A stretch of DNA of 64,000 bases from an uncultured delta proteobacterium (GTDB taxonomy: Bacteria; Desulfobacterota; RBG-13-43-22): contig CAWDKY010000034.1 in assembly GCA_963802945.1 (NCBI GenBank), positions 70,252 through 134,251 of the forward strand, read 5' to 3'. A model generated the notes under the pieces. That model had not been told where the DNA came from. It did not search any database and worked only from the letters and a program-made list of their open reading frames with translations. Both the position numbers and the translations under genes were made by a program. Positions 58,442-64,000 of this stretch are shown here, piece after piece. Within the stretch, counting starts at the first letter, position 1. The number at the start of each line of letters is the position of its first letter.

Positions 58442-59185
58442 TTACAGATACCCTCTTACCAAAGCCCAAAGAAGTCCAAGATATTCATAAAAGGCCAATT
58501 CCGTATCTGATAAGGCGCCAGCCTGAGGGAAAAAATAAGCAACCTTCAAAGGTTCCCACACGGCCCGGAAATCAGTAGGAGCGGGTATGGGCTGAGTGCC
58601 TACCTTTTTAAACATGGCCACGGAACGGGGCATATGGCTGGCTGAGGTAACCAGATAAAAAGGATCTTTTCCCAAGGTCTTTTTCAATAATTGGACCTCA
58701 TCTTGGGTATCCCTGGAAGAGTCTTCCAGGATCAGCCGGGAAGGGCTTAAACCATAATTCAAAGCCGCCTCCAGCATTACCCGGGCTACCGGATTTTTAC
58801 CTTGGAAATCCCCTCCCGAGAGGATGAGCCGGGCCTGGGGTAGGTGGCGGCAAAGTCGCACGCCTTCCAGGAGACGTTTCAAAGAAGATTCTTCCAGGCG
58901 GTTTTCCGGGGTAAGGTGTCTGCCTTCTACTGCGCCACCACCTAGAACCACTACCCATTTTATTTCCCGTTTAATAGTGGAGTCTTGGATGGGATAATAA
59001 GGTCTCTCTATTGGCCAGAGGATTAAAAAAGCAAATGGATAAAAAGAAAACAGATACAGCAATATGACCCCGGCAAAAAGAAATTTCTTGCCTTTTTGGG
59101 GCCACAAAAGACCGATAATAAAAAATTCAATAATTAATGAGATAGGAAATAATAGACGGGAAATCCATTTTTTTAATATGAACAT
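58442..59185 (-). CDS. DUF218/ElyC (YdcF-like) envelope protein
   Basis: VVLGGG, ILSGG, SRDT.DE, LVTSASHMPRS, YEYLG. Confidence 0.88.
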   Translation of the reverse strand: MFILKKWISRLLFPISLIIEFFIIGLLWPQKGKKFLFAGVILLYLFSFYPFAFLILWPIERPYYPIQDSTIKREIKWVVVLGGGAVEGRHLTPENRLEESSLKRLLEGVRLCRHLPQARLILSGGDFQGKNPVARVMLEAALNYGLSPSRLILEDSSRDTQDEVQLLKKTLGKDPFYLVTSASHMPRSVAMFKKVGTQPIPAPTDFRAVWEPLKVAYFFPQAGALSDTELAFYEYLGLLWALVRGYL

Positions 59186-59469
59186 AACTTTTTCTCCAAG
59201 AAATCCCCTCCCTCCTGTGACCTGCCTGGTTGTTACCCGCAGACAGGAAGAAGGTTTGGGAAAGAGGGATTGTAATTGAAGGGGACTTTAATAATTACCT
59301 TCGTATTAATCGAACCCCACGTGTTATCCTCTGGTAACATAAAACCGAATAGAGATAAATTCTTATTTTATCATAGACAATGATGTGGTGAGATTATAAA
59401 ATACTTTTTAATATCTTCTAATAAAAGAACATCGTTTCCAACTATTGACTATTTTCAATAAAACAAAAT

Positions 59470-61347
59470 ATGAATCTTCGCTGGACCGTTAAAATTTGGT
59501 GTGCATTTATCCTGGTTATCGCCGTTATGGTGATAGCCGGTACGATCTATCTGGGCTCCAATCTGAAATCTTTTCTGATGACCCAGAAACAAGAAGAACT
59601 CAAGCTGGACTTGAATCTGGCCGTTTCGATGCTGGCCGATCGCTTAAGTCCAAATCAAAATGATCCTTCCTGGATTCGACTATTATCGGAACAAACTGGG
59701 CGTCATCTCCAGAAAAGGGTGACCATCTTTAGCCAGGAAGGACGAATCATAGGAGATTCGGATTTTAGCCGGGAAATTGTCGAAAAAAAGGAAGGCGTGT
59801 CCTATCTTCCGGAAATCTTGGCCGTTAAGACCAAGGGATACGGTCAGACGATTCGTTTTAATCCGGACATACAATCGAACACCCTGTTTGGAGCCGCCCC
59901 AGTCCGCAAAGGAGACGATCTCCTGGGTTACGTCCGCATTGCCATTCCTCTCAATCAAACAGAAAAGGCCGTTACTTCTCAGCGTTGGGGTTTGTACATT
60001 ATCGGAGGGTTTACCGTCTTTTTGGCCGCTTTACTCAGTCTACTCATAACCGGGAGTATGGGTCGATCTCTCAGAGAATTAATCGACATGGTTCAAAGAA
60101 TGAACAAGGGTGATTTAAAACAACCTTTTCATCTTCTGACCCAGAGTGAAACAAAGGAGCTGGCCTCATCCCTCGAAAATCTGGCTACCGGTCTGACGGG
60201 GAAAATGGAATTACTGGAAACCGAAACCGGGGAATTAAAAACCCTGCTTTCCTCCATGCAGGAAGGCGTGCTGGTAACGGACGAAAAAGGCCGGATCATC
60301 CTGACCAATCCCTTTTTAAATGAAGTACTGGGTGAAAACGTATCCTGGAGAAAGCGCTCCGTTCAAGAGGCCTTTATGAGTGCCGAGCTGCAGGATGCCG
60401 TGGAAGCAGTCCTTAAAGGGGATCCGTTTCAGCGGGTGCATATTTCCTTCGGGCGGGACATTCTGAGACATTTCGAGGTCCAGGTTGTTGCCCTGACTTC
60501 AACCCAACGATCGCCCCGGGCCGTGGCTATTTTTCACGACACGACCGAACTCCGTTTCCTATTAAAGGTCCGTCAGGCCTTTGTCGCCAATGCCTCCTGG
60601 GAATTGGATAAACCCTTATTTTCCATTAACGAACGATTGAATACACTGCTTCCCTTGATCCCGGAGGATCTTCCTGAAGTTCGGGAGATCATCACCTCGA
60701 TACACAGGGAAGTAAAACGCCTGTGCTTATTAGTCTCGGATATGCTGGACTTGACCAAACTGGATATACAGGAAAAGGCGTCGATTTATTATGATAGGGT
60801 AATGGTCAAAGATATTCTGGAAAGCGCCGTCAAAATGGTCAAGCCCCTAGCCGCGGGAAAAACCATCGGCCTTGACTTGGAGATCGAAAATTTGCCGGAG
60901 AATACTACGGCTCTTTGGGAAAAAGGCCGGGTGTTGCAGGCCTTATTCAATGTGCTGGATAACGCTGTTAAGTATACACAGGGGGGAGGGCGAATTCGTC
61001 TAACGGCCAACCTTATTCAGCCTTCAGAGTTCAACAAAGAAGGAAGATCAAAAAACTCCGAACTCCGAACTCCGAACTCTGAACTCCACCGAGATTACAT
61101 TGAAATCTCGGTGGTGGATACCGGTATCGGCATTCCCAAAGAGCATCTTCCTCGGATCTTTGAGCGCTTTTATCGGGTCGATCAGGATCAATCCCGTCAA
61201 TTGGGGGGGACCGGGTTGGGTCTATCCATTGTCAAACATATTATAGATTCTTACGGGGGGACAGTTGAAGTCCAAAGCACCTTTGGAAAAGGCTCCACCT
61301 TTATCCTCACTATTCCCCGCGAACCAAAAGGGTCGTCTTCCAGGTAA
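59470..61347 (+). CDS. PhoR-like sensor kinase (TM-sensor-TM-HAMP-PAS-DHp-CA) lacking the phosphoacceptor His
   Basis: H-box reads FVANASWELDKPL. N box NVLDNAVKY, G1 DTGIGI, F box IFERFYRVD and G2 GGTGLGLSI are intact. Confidence 0.88.
   Translation: MNLRWTVKIWCAFILVIAVMVIAGTIYLGSNLKSFLMTQKQEELKLDLNLAVSMLADRLSPNQNDPSWIRLLSEQTGRHLQKRVTIFSQEGRIIGDSDFSREIVEKKEGVSYLPEILAVKTKGYGQTIRFNPDIQSNTLFGAAPVRKGDDLLGYVRIAIPLNQTEKAVTSQRWGLYIIGGFTVFLAALLSLLITGSMGRSLRELIDMVQRMNKGDLKQPFHLLTQSETKELASSLENLATGLTGKMELLETETGELKTLLSSMQEGVLVTDEKGRIILTNPFLNEVLGENVSWRKRSVQEAFMSAELQDAVEAVLKGDPFQRVHISFGRDILRHFEVQVVALTSTQRSPRAVAIFHDTTELRFLLKVRQAFVANASWELDKPLFSINERLNTLLPLIPEDLPEVREIITSIHREVKRLCLLVSDMLDLTKLDIQEKASIYYDRVMVKDILESAVKMVKPLAAGKTIGLDLEIENLPENTTALWEKGRVLQALFNVLDNAVKYTQGGGRIRLTANLIQPSEFNKEGRSKNSELRTPNSELHRDYIEISVVDTGIGIPKEHLPRIFERFYRVDQDQSRQLGGTGLGLSIVKHIIDSYGGTVEVQSTFGKGSTFILTIPREPKGSSSR
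61024..61086 (+). repeat. Heptamer repeat (GAACTCC)n inserted in frame inside the kinase CA domain
   Basis: ttcagagttc...aactccgaactccgaactccgaactctgaactc, translated as SEF...NSELRTPNSEL. Confidence 0.8.
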
Positions 61348-61623
61348 AATTATTCCGAGTTCAAGGTACCAGGTCAATAGGGAACAATAACCGGGATTTT
61401 ACTTCTTAAAGTGGACACCCCAAGTTCCAATTAATTCCGACTTAAATTAAGTGTTAACCACATCAAATGCTCCCTTCGGATGATTTATTTTTTCCCCAGC
61501 GTCCACGAATCCATGCGGTGGGCGTCTTCTTTGTCCAGAGCCTGCTGCGGTCGAACAACGTCCGCGACTTGGCGCGAATGCGCTGGCGCTGGGAGAAATA
61601 AAGTCAGAAGAGTGCGCCCGTGC

Positions 61624-62124
61624 TCACCGAGTCGAAAGCGAGAGGATCAACTCCTTCTGGCCGGCTTTAGCCGGCAGGTTGAGCATGAGCAGGGTCAATG
61701 TCTGTTTGCCCTTGCTCCAAATCATCGTATGAGTCATATCACTGGCCTTGGTGGCCGTGTCCATGATGGAGTTGACATCGACGAATTTCCCGGCCGAACC
61801 GCCGAGCCCTGATTCCCAGCCGCGGGCTTTGAGCTCTTTTTCGAAAAACGTCTTCACCGCGTCCCAGGTCGTCGCCGCAGGCAGCGTGAATCCTCGCTGC
61901 TCTGTCTGGCCGCCCACACCTATGGTTTTGCGCAGGGCCGCGTCCGTGGACATATTCTTGGCCAGCGTGTCGCCGATCTTACTGATTCCGGCCTTGAGTT
62001 CGACCGCACCGGGATAAACGGGCAGATCGCCCATCTTCACGTTCCCGCCGCATCCGGGAAAAAACAGAACGACCGCTACCAAGCCCAAGAAAGCAAAAAT
62101 CGTTGCCACATTTGTGTTCTTCAT
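61624..62124 (-). CDS. Hypothetical lipoprotein
   Basis: Signal peptide MKNTNVATIFAFLGLVAVVLFFPG-C with lipobox; RBS GAGGAG; LPVYPGA motif. Confidence 0.7.
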   Translation of the reverse strand: MKNTNVATIFAFLGLVAVVLFFPGCGGNVKMGDLPVYPGAVELKAGISKIGDTLAKNMSTDAALRKTIGVGGQTEQRGFTLPAATTWDAVKTFFEKELKARGWESGLGGSAGKFVDVNSIMDTATKASDMTHTMIWSKGKQTLTLLMLNLPAKAGQKELILSLSTR

Positions 62125-62493
62125 CGCAATCTCCTCTTTTGGCAAAAACAGCGGTTTTATAAACCGCCCATCTCGCCGATTATTGATAAAAATTTCCTTT
62201 TAATAAGAGAAATATAAGGAAAGAAAAAAGCACAGTCAAGGAGAAAAATAGAGGGCCTGGGATCAAACCCTAATATTTTACTTTTAGATTTTAAAATCTA
62301 AATTTCTCTACCATTTTATGCTATAGTTCCATCCATCATAATCATTAGATTTTTAGAATTTGGGATCGGCCATGGAGTGGCGCTTATAGGTAATTTTTGA
62401 GACGATTGGTCCAAAGAAACGGTTCAAGAGATAGGATACCTAAAGAAGGGATCGCCGTGTCGGAGGCGGTCCGTGAACATGAGGAGGCTTGAA

Positions 62494-63033
62494 ATGGTGG
62501 AGAAGGCAACGCTGGAAAAGTTGTTTAAGGATCGGGAATTTCCCGATTTCAAATGGATTGAAGCCAAGGATATCATCGTGGCTCAGTGGGTGCGGTTCCG
62601 TTGTATGTTCGGTTGCCCTGCTTATGGTAAGAGAGGAACGTGCCCTCCCAATGTCCCGTCCATTGAGGAGTGCCGGCAGATGATTTCAGAATACAGCCAG
62701 GCCGCAGTATTCCATTTTGAAAAGAAACTGGAGACCCCTGAGGATCGGAAAGGGTGGAGCCAAGGCGTTATCTCGAAACTAGTGGAGCTCGAAAGAGAAG
62801 TGTTCCTTTCCGGTTACTATAAAACATTCCTTCTCCCGTTTGCTTCCTGTGGGTTTTGTGAGGACTGTGACCCTGATCGTCTAAAATGTAAGAACCCTCG
62901 AGTTGCCCGTCCGGGGGCCGATGCCATGGGTATAGATGTGTATGCAACCGTCCGCAGCCTAGGTTTTCCCATTCAGGTTTTGAAGGACTACGACCAAGTT
63001 ATGAATAGATACGCTTTTTTGCTGATCGAGTAG
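62494..63033 (+). CDS. DUF2284 predicted metal-binding protein
   Basis: WVRFRCMFGCPAYG...CPP, C..C..C....C, ARPGADAMGIDVYAT. Confidence 0.85.
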   Translation: MVEKATLEKLFKDREFPDFKWIEAKDIIVAQWVRFRCMFGCPAYGKRGTCPPNVPSIEECRQMISEYSQAAVFHFEKKLETPEDRKGWSQGVISKLVELEREVFLSGYYKTFLLPFASCGFCEDCDPDRLKCKNPRVARPGADAMGIDVYATVRSLGFPIQVLKDYDQVMNRYAFLLIE

Positions 63034-63189
63034 AAATATAACCGGGGACAACCGTTCCCAATACGTCTCCACAAATACGGTTTATCAGAGATTTAATTTC
63101 GCCAATGACTATAGAGTTAAGTGAACAGAAAAAGGAGATACAAGAAGAATTAAAAACCTAAACCCTGGTCTTTGGGAAAGGAGCCTGAA

Positions 63190-63554
63190 ATGTATAACCT
63201 CAAAATCGGCGTTTCTAAAAATCGACTTTATTTTACCATGGTTGGATTCTTTAGTGTTGAGGAGATGAAAAAATAGGCGGATGAAACCATTGCGACGGTC
63301 AAGAAACTGAAGCGCGGGTTGAGGTGATTACCGACATTTCACAATTCAAGCCGACCACTCCTGAAGGCACAAAAGAAATCGAACGCGTTCAGCTTTATTT
63401 TAAGATATCCGGGGTACGCCACGGAGTACAAGTGGTAGGTGAGAGTGTACTTTCGGGATTACAATTTAAACGAATGAGCATTATTTCCGGTTACGACCCC
63501 AACAACGTAGAAACTCTGGCTGAGGCGGAAAAATTGTTGGATAGCCAGAAATGA
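63190..63554 (+). pseudogene. Small STAS/SpoIIAA-like protein, disrupted (in-frame TAG at 63274 and a frameshift near 63320)
   Basis: MYNLKIGVSKNRLYFTMVGFFSVEEMKK*ADETIATVKKLKRG / VITDISQFKP...VETLAEAEKLLD; RBS AAGGAG. Confidence 0.6.
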
Positions 63555-63629
63555 AAAAAGCGACAGTTCAAAACCAAAATACTTTCTTTAGTATTACATC
63601 ATGATAAGACATCTAAGGAGACAAAAGAA

Positions 63630-64000
63630 ATGAAAGTGGAAAAGATCGATCACATTCATATCTTTGTAAAAGATCTGGATAAAGCAATAAAGTTTTTCGA
63701 AGAGGCACTGGGCACAAAATTCACCGAACCCCATAGTCCTAAAAATCTGGAGGCCAGGACTACCCTTGATCCCCTTGGACTGGAAATTATCGAAGGCGTC
63801 TCCAAGGACAGTGCCGTTACCAAGACCATTGAGCGCAGAGGGGAGGGCCTAGCGGCTATCTCCCTGAAAGTTCCTGACATTGAGGAGGCCATCGCCCACT
63901 TAGAATCTCTTGGTGTCAGGCTCGTACGGCGCATAGAATCCGGTAAGATCAAAGAGGCTCAATTCCATCCCAAAGATACCTTCGGGGTAATGCTCGAGCT
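63630..64000 (+). CDS. VOC-family (methylmalonyl-CoA epimerase-like) protein, runs off the window
   Basis: MKVEKIDHIHIFVKDLDKAIKFFEEALG...RRGEGLAAISLKVPDIEEA...FHPKDTFGVMLE; RBS AAGGAG. Confidence 0.85.
   Translation, partial: MKVEKIDHIHIFVKDLDKAIKFFEEALGTKFTEPHSPKNLEARTTLDPLGLEIIEGVSKDSAVTKTIERRGEGLAAISLKVPDIEEAIAHLESLGVRLVRRIESGKIKEAQFHPKDTFGVMLE

Noticed and set aside
63274-63276. In-frame TAG as possible pyrrolysine or readthrough
   Set aside because: The same gene also has a frameshift near 63320, TGG to TAG is a one-step change, and no pyl genes are in the window.

Overview
The window looks like a chromosomal segment from an anaerobic Desulfobacterota/Deltaproteobacteria-type organism; this is inferred from gene content and repeat style. 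The housekeeping backbone is priA-def-fmt-rsmB-rpe; a full trp operon (trpL attenuator, fused trpE(G), trpD, C, F, B, A); hrcA-grpE-dnaK; glycogen genes (GH57, glgB); and a PhoR-like kinase. An accessory zone runs from about 22 to 47 kb. It holds a glycyl-radical-enzyme cassette, acyl-CoA/flavin catabolic genes, a broken IS3 and a small defence-like island. The island is the strongest candidate system: a two-gene bacterial ubiquitin-like conjugation operon (coiled-coil-Ubl-E2 fusion plus JAB-peptidase-E1 fusion, with a Cys-free E2 carrying a WSR motif). It is divergent from an HTH + ImmA/IrrE peptidase pair (CapH/CapP-like) and sits next to an MNT/HEPN module. It resembles the known Bub/Bil families, so the family itself is probably not new. 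Other notable signals: (1) two integrase-less cassettes, each bracketed by a diverged in-frame duplicate of the upstream gene's 3' end; (2) a 4-Trp attenuator with two tandem terminators that can cross-pair; (3) a PhoR homolog whose phosphoacceptor His is replaced by Trp and which carries an in-frame heptamer-repeat insertion; (4) a window-wide family of heptamer inverted-repeat elements; (5) an unannotated PD-(D/E)xK-like nuclease ORF at the left edge. Several single-base frameshifts in housekeeping genes (fmt, trpC, M24 peptidase) suggest consensus errors, so pseudogene calls need caution. No tRNA, rRNA or CRISPR array was seen. All calls come from manual reading of motifs; no database searches were run.
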